From: a virus
Length of the DNA: 64,000 nt
Virus record (IMG/VR): IMGVR_UViG_3300012953_000014
Location: 92,636-156,635 of that record
Direction: 5' to 3' (one strand)
Below, piece after piece: positions 52,286-60,717 of the stretch. The position numbers were made by a program, and so were the translations under genes. A model generated the notes under the pieces. It had not been told where the DNA came from, ran no database searches, and was given only the letters and a program-made list of their open reading frames with translations. Each line of letters starts with the position of its first letter. The first letter of the stretch is position 1.

Positions 52286-53544
52286 TAGTCAAATGATTTT
52301 ACGCTCAAACTGCTTAACCAGCTTTCAACCTCTTCAGATTCTTCTTGCCATACTGCATCTCTCATTTTGTCATACATTTTTTGCTCTTCAAATTGCTCAC
52401 AAACATATTTTTTAAGCTTTTTAGCTTTAGAGAGTGCTGCTCCGTGATTTTTGTAAACATCACGAATAACTTTCTTATAATGCCATTCTTTGGCAAAGCA
52501 CCACTGGGAATCTGCCTCAATAACTCCTGGCCATACTGCTGCTTGTTGAACCGGATTAATATCGTAAGCAACTGTTGAAAACATTGCTTTCATCTTTTTA
52601 GAGTTCTTTCTTTCAGGCATATACAAGAAATCTGTGTGCCCACTCCAATCTGGAGCAATCACAGGAAGTCCATTATAAGCTGCCTCGAATAGAGGAAGAC
52701 CGAAACCCTCACCATGCGTTAATGTTACAAGCGCCTTAACTTTGGGGTGATTATATAGCCCTGTCATCTCTTCGTCTGTAAGATCTCCGTGAAGTAGGTT
52801 AACTTCACACTTTCGATCTTTATACTCTGAAAGGATTTTTCTAATGGTGTTTTGCATTGCCTCTCGATCTTGCAAACAGTTTTTCATTAAACTAGTCTTA
52901 ACAATAAGACCGACATTTTGATCATAAAACTCTTCTACAAACCATCGGATGGTATTACCCATGTTTTTTCTAGGGATCCATGTTCCCACAGTAAGAAAGT
53001 TGAAATCATGCTTCAAGTCTAAATCTATTTTAGCTTTTTTGACTTTTTTGACCGGATATCCAACTACTTCAATGGGTGTATCAATTTTTGTTTCAAAAAC
53101 TTCACCAGTCATACCGTTTTGAACTTTAATCATTGTATTGTCAAAACCAAACTTTGCATGATTAGAAACCACAATAATCTTGTCCATATTGGTTGAGGGG
53201 TTGAACCACTCGGGGGAAATCTTAGTTGATTCAATCCCGGCAGTTACTCCGATATTGATAGCGGCAAGATTGTTAGTCCATTCGTTTGGAACAGTAACTT
53301 GCATGGAAAAATCAAAAAAGTCTTTCTTAATCTCTCCAAGAGCAACTGTTTTGTGTAAAAGGGAGTCAATCCAACGACGTTCGTCTGTATCTTCCCACAA
53401 CCAACCAGTTTGTCCCCAGTTAATGTTAACCAAGTAGATGTCATATAAGTCTGGTCTGGATCTTAATGATCTTAGGACAAACCTTGTGTGCTCTCCATAG
53501 CCACTTTGACTTAGTGCTGGTCCTCTAACAATAATTTTTTTCAT
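52285..53544 (-). CDS. Glycosyltransferase family 4
   Basis: SGYGEH, RKN, HGEGFGLPLFEAAYNGLPVIAPDWSGHTDF. Start refined from 53562. Confidence 0.9.
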   Translation of the reverse strand: MKKIIVRGPALSQSGYGEHTRFVLRSLRSRPDLYDIYLVNINWGQTGWLWEDTDERRWIDSLLHKTVALGEIKKDFFDFSMQVTVPNEWTNNLAAINIGVTAGIESTKISPEWFNPSTNMDKIIVVSNHAKFGFDNTMIKVQNGMTGEVFETKIDTPIEVVGYPVKKVKKAKIDLDLKHDFNFLTVGTWIPRKNMGNTIRWFVEEFYDQNVGLIVKTSLMKNCLQDREAMQNTIRKILSEYKDRKCEVNLLHGDLTDEEMTGLYNHPKVKALVTLTHGEGFGLPLFEAAYNGLPVIAPDWSGHTDFLYMPERKNSKKMKAMFSTVAYDINPVQQAAVWPGVIEADSQWCFAKEWHYKKVIRDVYKNHGAALSKAKKLKKYVCEQFEEQKMYDKMRDAVWQEESEEVESWLSSLSVKSFD

Positions 53545-54914
53545 ACTTTTCTCAACTCCCAAGATTTATAACCTTTTCGGGTTTCCCACGATCCAAACTT
53601 CTCATGTGTTTCAGTCAATAGTTGATCCCAACTTTCCGAGAAGTCTTTAAAGTTATAATTCTTTAAGACATGCTCTCGACCAACTGTTCCAATTTCAGCG
53701 CGTTTTTCTGGTCCATATTCATACATCTTTGTCAATGCTTCAACGACCTGCTCTTTACACAATCTATCCTCGTAAATATATGGAACTTCTTGAGAACCAA
53801 TAACTGAGCGTGATGAAGGTTCTAAGCCAATGCCGTGTTCATATTCTACTGCTTTTCCGGCATTTTTGGCATTTCTCCTGTCAACGATTTTATCGCTAAT
53901 CTTCTTAACGTTTGTTACTTGCTCTTGTAATCCACCTGTCATGGTTGCAATAATCGGTGTTTCACATGCAAGAGACTCAAATGTTGCAAGACCAAAACCT
54001 TCTGCATCTGATACACTGATTGTTACATCAGCAGCTGAATAAATGATTGATAGGTTTTCAATACTAAGTTTTTCTGAAGAAACCATGAACTCTTTATCAT
54101 CTTCAACATTGAGTCCCAACTTTTCAGCAATTGCATATAAATCTTGACCATTTGGATCATTTACTTCGGTGTGCATCAAAAGAGTTGTTTTGGCATTTTT
54201 ATTCTTCTTTTTCAACTTGTCCATGAACTCTTTATACCAAAAGACTAAAGAGCCGCTTTGTTTTCTTCGAGCATTTCTGTTGTTCCAAAAAACCAAGAAC
54301 CTATCATCCTCAATACCAAGTTGTCTTCGAACGTCACTGACTTGATTAGCTTCTGCTTTCTTAAAAATATCTGGAACTGCATGAGGAATGTATCTTTCTA
54401 AAACTCCTGGTGAAACAGTTTGAACAATATCTGATGTTAGTTTTGAGATTGTCGCAACAACATCGGTAGAGTCATACCATACTTTATTGAACTTTGGATA
54501 CGGATAGTTGTCCCAAACATGATAATACACCATCGGGACTAAGCTTCTGATTTCATTCTCTGTTTGCCAGAGCCAACCATAAAACCTTGGGTCTGTCATA
54601 AACCATAAGATATCTGGCTTTTGAGTCCGAAGAATAGAGCGAATAGTGTCAGGATCTCCGTATCCATCTACTGGAAAAATAGTCCAACTATCTTTGAATT
54701 CATCAATCTGAACTGGTTGATAGTTCTCATGCTTGATTGCACCACCCAAACTAATAAACTCATATCTTCCCGTTTTTAGTAACTCAACAATAACATACTT
54801 TGTTTGAGTACCAACACCCGATGGTGATAGTGGGTGATCAGATATTGTTAAAATTTTTATTTTTTTTGTTGGATTTTCTTGCGTGAAGTCTAAGTCCACA
54901 ACTTGTTCTGTCAC
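53541..54914 (-). CDS. Glycosyltransferase family 4
   Basis: SDHPLSPSGVG, NNRNARRK, AEGFGLATFESLACETPII...GGLQEQ. GTG 54914 follows AGGAG (track start 54941). Confidence 0.9.
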   Translation of the reverse strand: MTEQVVDLDFTQENPTKKIKILTISDHPLSPSGVGTQTKYVIVELLKTGRYEFISLGGAIKHENYQPVQIDEFKDSWTIFPVDGYGDPDTIRSILRTQKPDILWFMTDPRFYGWLWQTENEIRSLVPMVYYHVWDNYPYPKFNKVWYDSTDVVATISKLTSDIVQTVSPGVLERYIPHAVPDIFKKAEANQVSDVRRQLGIEDDRFLVFWNNRNARRKQSGSLVFWYKEFMDKLKKKNKNAKTTLLMHTEVNDPNGQDLYAIAEKLGLNVEDDKEFMVSSEKLSIENLSIIYSAADVTISVSDAEGFGLATFESLACETPIIATMTGGLQEQVTNVKKISDKIVDRRNAKNAGKAVEYEHGIGLEPSSRSVIGSQEVPYIYEDRLCKEQVVEALTKMYEYGPEKRAEIGTVGREHVLKNYNFKDFSESWDQLLTETHEKFGSWETRKGYKSWELRKV

Positions 54915-54928
54915 TTTATTATTTTCTC

Positions 54929-55696
54929 CTATGGACACCACTCAGTTTTATTAAACTCGCACTTTTGACATTTCAAACGATTCTTTGGGTGGTTGTTATT
55001 GTTAATATTATACAACGCTTTGTTTAAAATGTTTAATGCATTTTTTATTTTTCTGGGTCCACTGGAGACTCTGAAGATTTCTATCTTGTTTTTCTTGGCT
55101 GTTCTTTTTAGAAGTCCAAAATATGTTTCCACCTTAGAAGGATCAATATCATGTTTGGCACAAAAGAAATTTTTATAATAAGTTAGTTGATAAGTTGTGA
55201 TTCTATCTGTCTTTTTTTCAATATCCCATCCCCAAGAACACGACTTCCAATCAATAATATGATACTTATCATCTGGTGTTCTGATTACTAGATCCAAGTA
55301 ACCTTTATAATCATATTCTCCTGGTGCATCCGAAATGGGTTCAACAATCTTCTCTTCTGCTGAAAATACTTTATATTCTGGAAACTGAATACTTAACGCC
55401 TCTAAAACCATTGAAGCTAACTCAAGACCTTGTACTTTCATTTCTTCAACTAAAGCTGTATCAGATTCTTTAATGTCGCCAAGTTTTGATATCTCACCTT
55501 TGAACGATTGGTTAAAACATTTTTTATAATCTAAATTCTCATTCAAAGTAAGTTTTTCACATGTTTCATGCAATGCTGTTCCAAAGGCTGTATACACATT
55601 ACCTTTGAATATCTTGATCCTATCAACATAGGTCAACTTATGATAAAAGGGACAAAAGTCCCAATTTTTTAATGCACTGAATGAAATGTGTGGCAT
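54929..55696 (-). CDS. PD-(D/E)XK nuclease, Cas4/AddB-like, with four-Cys cluster
   Basis: ISFS...CP, FGTALHE, GYLDLV, IIDWKS, QLTYY, CQKCEF....C. Confidence 0.88.
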   Translation of the reverse strand: MPHISFSALKNWDFCPFYHKLTYVDRIKIFKGNVYTAFGTALHETCEKLTLNENLDYKKCFNQSFKGEISKLGDIKESDTALVEEMKVQGLELASMVLEALSIQFPEYKVFSAEEKIVEPISDAPGEYDYKGYLDLVIRTPDDKYHIIDWKSCSWGWDIEKKTDRITTYQLTYYKNFFCAKHDIDPSKVETYFGLLKRTAKKNKIEIFRVSSGPRKIKNALNILNKALYNINNNNHPKNRLKCQKCEFNKTEWCP

Positions 55697-55699
55697 AAT

Positions 55700-56020
55700 C
55701 TAACTCTTATCGTTTTTAGTAATGTTTTTATTACTATATGATAATAGCACAGGTTTTGCGGGTTTGTCAAGTTTTTTCAAACTTTTAGGCTTTGGTGGTT
55801 GTTTTTTGTCAAAAATCCAACTAGTTTTATAAGGGGGAATATCATTGGTGATTACCCTACCACTAATAGCATTATATTCTTCTACATTTATATCATTTGA
55901 AACAAGTATTTTTTTTACTTCTTTTAAATCAATGATTACCAAAGGCTCAAAGCGCCTTGGAGGAACATCAATGTCTAAAGTGATTTTATTTTTTTCTTTT
56001 TTAATGTTGTAATCATACAT
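55700..56020 (-). CDS. Hypothetical protein
   Basis: 106-aa ORF abutting both neighbours. Confidence 0.65.
   Translation of the reverse strand: MYDYNIKKEKNKITLDIDVPPRRFEPLVIIDLKEVKKILVSNDINVEEYNAISGRVITNDIPPYKTSWIFDKKQPPKPKSLKKLDKPAKPVLLSYSNKNITKNDKS
55741..55770 (-). promoter_or_regulatory. Sigma70-type promoter upstream of the nuclease and glycan island
   Basis: TTGACA-N18-TATTAT with TGn extension, inside the 3' end of the preceding ORF. Confidence 0.65.
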
Positions 56021-56719
56021 TTATTCTACCCCAATGGAAATGAAAAGATCATCAATTTTTTGATACAAGATTGGGCTAATCTCTTTTATATATCTTTTGT
56101 CACCCATTACATATTCTTCAAATCCATTCGCGAAATACTCTCTAATAGAAGTAACAGAATAGGGAGAGCTAAACAATCCAGTCGTTAATGGGATTATATT
56201 GTTGTATCCAAGTTCTTTATATAAAAAATCGTCCAATTCATCAACAGAGTCTTCAGCAAAAAATAAACTTCCCATGCCGGGAAATGAAACGCCATTGCTC
56301 CGCAACATATCCACTAACCTTTTCTTCTTTCCGTTGTATTCAGATTCTAACCTATAGTCACCAAATATTTCATTATAATATTCATCTTCTACTAAGTGTG
56401 CGATTTCATGCACAATGTCTTTTATTATTATCTCTTCGGTAACTTCAGGAAAATCTTTAAAAGAAGAGAGATAGATAACACTATCCTTTAACATTGCTTG
56501 AATATCTCGATCTTTTAAATCAGGAAACTCACCTATATATATTCCTTCTAAAGTATTGAAGAACTCATAAGGAAGCAGTTCCTTAAGTTCATCTAATACA
56601 TAATTTACATCAATATGATCAGGTAAATAATTCAACATATAAACAGGAATGTCAAATAAATAATATTCTTTTCTCTCATTCATAGATCTAATAAAAGAGT
56701 TTTTTAAATACTTTTTCAT
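56021..56719 (-). CDS. Putative zincin-like metallopeptidase
   Basis: IVHEIAH plus downstream REYFANGFE. Confidence 0.6.
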   Translation of the reverse strand: MKKYLKNSFIRSMNERKEYYLFDIPVYMLNYLPDHIDVNYVLDELKELLPYEFFNTLEGIYIGEFPDLKDRDIQAMLKDSVIYLSSFKDFPEVTEEIIIKDIVHEIAHLVEDEYYNEIFGDYRLESEYNGKKKRLVDMLRSNGVSFPGMGSLFFAEDSVDELDDFLYKELGYNNIIPLTTGLFSSPYSVTSIREYFANGFEEYVMGDKRYIKEISPILYQKIDDLFISIGVE

Positions 56720-56771
56720 ATATTAATATAAATATAAAAATATAATATCACATTTTCAAATACTTTTAAAG

Positions 56772-58097
56772 TTAAAGAACTCTAGCCGTTAGTGTTGCTA
56801 CCTTAGAGCGTTCTCCTTTTAGAAATGTGATGTGCCCGGTAATATCATAAGGTTTTAGTTTTTCAATAGCATAAGTTAATCCATTTGAAACTTCATCAAT
56901 ATTAACATTATCTATTTGTTCCACATCGCCTGTTAAGATAATCTTACTATCATGACCAACGCGAGTTAAGATCGTTTTGATCTCATGTTGAGTTAAATTT
57001 TGACACTCATCTATGATTATATAAGATTTCTGGATTGATCTTCCTCTTATATAAGTTATTGCTTCTACTTCGATGATACCTTTTTCCATGTAAGATTCAA
57101 GCATAAGATTATCATTTCCGAACAAAAATCTTAAGTTATCTTGGATAGGTGCTAACCAAGGAGCCATTTTTTCTTCCATTGTTCCAGGTAAATATCCGAT
57201 ATCCTTACCCATTGGTTGAATAGGTCTGGAAACTATTAACCTATTGTATTTTGGATCTTCACCCATTACTTGTTCAAGTCCGGCTGCTATTGCACATAAG
57301 GTTTTGCCACTACCTGCTTTACCAATTAAAGAGACTACAGGGACCTCTTCATCTAGCAGTAAATCCATTGCGAAATTCTGTTCTTTATTCTTGGGAGTTA
57401 TTCCCCAACCACCATCTCTATATTCAGGTATTTTTTTTAATGGCCTTATATGATCCATGTATCTTGTTATTGCGGTCTTTTTATCATTAGAAGAAGAAAC
57501 CAACATTATGAACTGGTTAGGATATAAATCTTCTAATTTGCCGTCAACAACTTCAGAAATTACAATACTTTCTCCAGAATAAAATCTGTCTATTGTTTGG
57601 TCATCAACAAGGACTTTAGTGAATCCACTAAATAAGTCATTACCTTTTTCGATAACATTCTCAGTTGCATATGCTTCAGCCTCAACGCCAATAGCATCAC
57701 ACTTAATTCTTAAGTTTATGTCATTTGACACAACTATAATTTTTTTATTTGGATGATCCTCTTTAACGCTTAATGCAGTTGCAATAATCTGGTGATCTGG
57801 TATTTGTGGATCATATCCGACTGGTAAAGTTTTTAGATTTGGTGCCTTGGTAAATATAAGTCCCGAACCTTTTCTTATCCTAATCCCTTTCTGAAACTGC
57901 CCCTTGTCACGGAGCTTGTCTAAGATGCGAATAGTATTTCTTGCATTAATCCCAACACCATTGGGTCTTTTTTTGTTATTATCTAGTTCTTCCAGAACAA
58001 CCAGTGGCATTATAATGTCGTTATTGCCGTATGAATAAATCGAAGAAGAATCAGTAAGATATACACTTGTGTCTAAAACATAAAATTTTTTCGTCAT
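56772..58097 (-). CDS. phoH: PhoH-family ATPase with N-terminal PIN domain (PhoH2/YlaK-like)
   Basis: PIN: VLDTSV, LEELD, DHQII, SNDINLRIK. PhoH: GKAGSGKT, IGYLPG, IRGRS, IIDECQN, TGDVEQID. Confidence 0.93.
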   Translation of the reverse strand: MTKKFYVLDTSVYLTDSSSIYSYGNNDIIMPLVVLEELDNNKKRPNGVGINARNTIRILDKLRDKGQFQKGIRIRKGSGLIFTKAPNLKTLPVGYDPQIPDHQIIATALSVKEDHPNKKIIVVSNDINLRIKCDAIGVEAEAYATENVIEKGNDLFSGFTKVLVDDQTIDRFYSGESIVISEVVDGKLEDLYPNQFIMLVSSSNDKKTAITRYMDHIRPLKKIPEYRDGGWGITPKNKEQNFAMDLLLDEEVPVVSLIGKAGSGKTLCAIAAGLEQVMGEDPKYNRLIVSRPIQPMGKDIGYLPGTMEEKMAPWLAPIQDNLRFLFGNDNLMLESYMEKGIIEVEAITYIRGRSIQKSYIIIDECQNLTQHEIKTILTRVGHDSKIILTGDVEQIDNVNIDEVSNGLTYAIEKLKPYDITGHITFLKGERSKVATLTARVL

Positions 58098-58200
58098 ATA
58101 AACCTTTCGATTTTGAGCCTTTCCTATAGCGGCTCATTTATAAATAGCGTGGTCGTTTAAGATTTTACTTTATAGTTACCAATAGCGGAGATATAATCTT

Positions 58201-59058
58201 ATGAAAGATGCGGTAGCAAAGATAATGATGGTTTTAGTAGCGATTTTGACATTTGTTGGATGTTCAAGTTGTGCCAATAGTTCTTATCTTTTTGGACCCG
58301 GTAATCTTTTTAGAGATAAAAAAAGATCTTTCATAAAGCTAGACGTTTACAAAAATATTTTAGTTACATATACTTCAACTTCTTCACCAACACCCGAAGA
58401 AGAGTATGAACTGGATCTAAGATCCTCAGCATCAGCGTTTATTGTAGGCCACGACCGAGACATTACTTTAATTGCAACTTCAGCTCATGTTTGCACTATA
58501 AAATTTGGAAATCAAATCAATTATTTTATTCCAGACTTTGACGAAGCAAACCCAAAGTGGAAAATGAAAGAAAAAGCCGCATACATTCTTAACGATTATA
58601 AAGGGCGTACTTATCGCGGTTTTCCGGTAAAATATGATTTACAAGCAGATATTTGCATAATAGCATCTAAAAAGATTAGTCTACCAGCCTTGGTTATATC
58701 TAAAGAGGAGCCAATTGTGGGAGAAAGATATTACAACATCGCCGCCCCTATGGGTCTTTGGACAAAAAATATGATTCCTCTTTTTGAAGGATTTTATTTG
58801 GGCAAGATAAAACCAAGAAATGATATGAAAACTGCTTACACATTCTCAATACCAACAAAGGGTGGATCATCAGGTTCTCCAATAATGAATGGTTATGGTG
58901 AAGTGGTGGCCGTGATACACTCGGCTTACAGAGGGTTTGAAAATCTTTGTATGGCAACAACCAACAAAGAGTTATATTACATTTACCGACTTTCAATGAT
59001 GAGATTGTTAAAAGATTATGACAAATATAAACTCATAATAGATTTGATAAATATTTAA
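58201..59058 (+). CDS. Trypsin-like serine protease, predicted lipoprotein
   Basis: Triad motifs TSAHVC, ADIC, GGSSGSP; signal peptide ending in lipobox FVGC; GGAG RBS. Confidence 0.85.
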   Translation: MKDAVAKIMMVLVAILTFVGCSSCANSSYLFGPGNLFRDKKRSFIKLDVYKNILVTYTSTSSPTPEEEYELDLRSSASAFIVGHDRDITLIATSAHVCTIKFGNQINYFIPDFDEANPKWKMKEKAAYILNDYKGRTYRGFPVKYDLQADICIIASKKISLPALVISKEEPIVGERYYNIAAPMGLWTKNMIPLFEGFYLGKIKPRNDMKTAYTFSIPTKGGSSGSPIMNGYGEVVAVIHSAYRGFENLCMATTNKELYYIYRLSMMRLLKDYDKYKLIIDLINI

Positions 59059-59064
59059 TGTATC

Positions 59065-59622
59065 TTGGGTAAAAAATATACAACTCGTAAACTATTCTTA
59101 AAAATTGAATATCTTTCATTGGAGCTAGAGGAAACAAGTGATAGTGTGAAAGAATATCAAAAACTTTTTAATGAAGACTTCCAGCAAGAGATGCAATACT
59201 TGAATTCTATTCAAAATGAGCAAAAAACAATAATACACCCCCAAATCAATACAGAGAAGTCACACCCGAAGTTTGTACAGAAAATTTACAGAAATATAGC
59301 AAAAAAACTTCATCCGGACATCTCTGACGTGCATAATGCAGAGGAGGTTTTCAAAGAGGTGACAGATAACTATGAAACTAATAATTTGGTTGGCCTAATA
59401 ATGATTTGCAACCAACACAAAATCCAACTTCCCACTCTAACAGATGAGAACATACAAGAGATAGAAGAAAATATTAAAACAACAGAAAGCAAGATTAATC
59501 AACAGAGGCAAACTGTTGCTTGGGTTTGGGCGAATACGGAGGAAAACAAGTCTGAACTAAGAGAGCAGATACGCTCAATGATTGGTATAAATAAAGAAGA
59601 TTTTGAAAAATGGAAATCTTAA
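59065..59622 (+). CDS. J-domain-containing protein
   Basis: YRNIAKKLHPD....AEEVFKEV...YE (HPD motif) flanked by coiled-coil-like segments; TTG start uncertain. Confidence 0.75.
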   Translation: MGKKYTTRKLFLKIEYLSLELEETSDSVKEYQKLFNEDFQQEMQYLNSIQNEQKTIIHPQINTEKSHPKFVQKIYRNIAKKLHPDISDVHNAEEVFKEVTDNYETNNLVGLIMICNQHKIQLPTLTDENIQEIEENIKTTESKINQQRQTVAWVWANTEENKSELREQIRSMIGINKEDFEKWKS

Positions 59623-59828
59623 TAAACTAAATGAACATCGACTTCGTGTGATGAGGTTCCTTCCAGATCTACCATTGCAGTAGAGCCATCATTTTTTTCA
59701 ACAACTATAATACCTTCATCATTGTGTGGATCAATCACGAAGTTTTTGATTACAGCTGGACCCTCACAAGACGTATCTCTTGTTACACGATTTGTATAAA
59801 GTAAAAATATTTTATCTCCGATATTCAT
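59619..59828 (-). CDS. Small hypothetical protein
   Basis: 69-aa ORF with AAGGTG RBS. Confidence 0.6.
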   Translation of the reverse strand: MNIGDKIFLLYTNRVTRDTSCEGPAVIKNFVIDPHNDEGIIVVEKNDGSTAMVDLEGTSSHEVDVHLVY

Positions 59829-59882
59829 AGTGACACCTTATCATAAATAGAGCATAAAATCAAGTATGGAATAAAAAAAAAG

Positions 59883-60126
59883 TGGAGGTGGCGGGAATCG
59901 AACCCGCGTCCTAAATATTTCGATAGTTTGCGATACACAAGGTTTTTAAAAAAAAGAGAATAGTACGGTTTTGAGTGACAAGGTTGACCGTAAACCCCGC
60001 TTTAACTAAGCTGCTAAAGAAAGTGCAACATTATCGTTTGCATTTATTGTTTTAAGCCTTTTAGTGTTTGCTCATACACCCTTGCACAAATTTATCTTAA
60101 TACCCAGTCGAATCCATGTCACCCCC
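59883..60126 (-). ncRNA. ssrA: tmRNA, one-piece, 244 nt; tag (A)ANDNVALSLAA at 60041..60006
   Basis: 5' GGGGGTGACATGGATTCGAC and 3' GACGCGGGTTCGATTCCCGCCACCTCCA. Acceptor stem has the G3-U pair; there is a T-loop and an ATAAAT-GCA resume context; tag ends LAA-TAG. CCA is not encoded. Confidence 0.96.
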
Positions 60127-60139
60127 ATATAGTTTAAGT

Positions 60140-60168
60140 ATTCTAACAGAGTGAAATAGGGCTGTCAA
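60140..60168 (-). promoter_or_regulatory. Sigma70-type promoter of the tmRNA
   Basis: TTGACA-N17-TAGAAT ending 13 nt before the mature 5' end. Confidence 0.8.
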
Positions 60169-60170
60169 GT

Positions 60171-60581
60171 TTATTTTTCTTTTAAACCGGTTAGATCAGA
60201 AGAAGATCTGATTTTGTCTCCAAGCCCATCAACAAGTTTAATATTACACTTGCGACAAACCTTTGCCTCTGGGATTTCTTTGTTATGTCGATCGCCACCA
60301 TTGGCGAATATATCAGGGTTAACCATTTCTAGCGTTTTACAGACTGTTCGATCTTCATCGATTGATAAAACTGCCTCATCAACATCCCTGATTGCTTTTA
60401 CAATTTCAAGTCTGTCCTTTTCTGGCATGAAAGATTTACCCTTTTTCAATGAGCATTGGTGATCACTGTTGACAATAACAACTAAATGAGTTCCTAACTT
60501 TTTTGCATATTTAAAATATTCTAGGTGTCCAACATGAATGGGATCAAAATACCCGCTAACCGCTACTCTTGTTTTTTTCAT
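60171..60581 (-). CDS. HxGH cytidylyl/adenylyltransferase (TagD/RibL/HldE-C-like)
   Basis: SGYFDPIHVGH, VIVNSD, PDIFANGGDR, KIRSSS; AGGAG RBS. Confidence 0.88.
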   Translation of the reverse strand: MKKTRVAVSGYFDPIHVGHLEYFKYAKKLGTHLVVIVNSDHQCSLKKGKSFMPEKDRLEIVKAIRDVDEAVLSIDEDRTVCKTLEMVNPDIFANGGDRHNKEIPEAKVCRKCNIKLVDGLGDKIRSSSDLTGLKEK

Positions 60582-60600
60582 TTCTTACTCCTAAGATTTT

Positions 60601-60707
60601 GCAAGATTGTTGTTTTTATCGCAACAACAACGCTAGGCTCATTTCAAAACCTTCAATAGAGCCATTGAAGGGGGTGTTTTATATATATGTTAAAGAATTT
60701 ATCTTGC
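60601..60707 (-). ncRNA. Candidate structured RNA (leader or stand-alone)
   Basis: Closing helix GCAAGA/TCTTGC, hairpins CCTTCAAT/ATTGAAGG and TTGTTGTT/AACAACAA, and loop GGCTC complementary to downstream GAGCC; starts right after a promoter. Confidence 0.5.
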
Positions 60708-60717
60708 TCACTTTCCA

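Noticed and set aside
34310-54914. Bacterial chromosomal O-antigen/capsule locus
   Set aside because: It lacks wzx/wzy/wzz/ABC export genes and is continuous and co-oriented with phage sigma, baseplate and nuclease genes.
54929-55696. CRISPR-Cas locus suggested by the Cas4-like nuclease
   Set aside because: No repeat-spacer array or other cas gene was seen; solo Cas4-like nucleases are common in phages.
58114-58136. Inverted repeat TGAGCC-N11-GGCTCA upstream of phoH as a terminator or copy of the 60.6-kb RNA
   Set aside because: Only a 6-bp stem. It shares just AAATGAGCC with the other element, with different pairing order, which is too little to call.
59883-59912. tRNA gene (T-arm GGTTCGATTCC and acceptor strand)
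   Set aside because: It has no anticodon arm and pairs with a 5' end about 240 nt away; it is the 3' end of the tmRNA.
59943-59960. U-tract inside the tmRNA as an intrinsic terminator
   Set aside because: The preceding structure is a pseudoknot several nt away, and the essential 3' tRNA-like domain lies downstream; it is treated as a linker.
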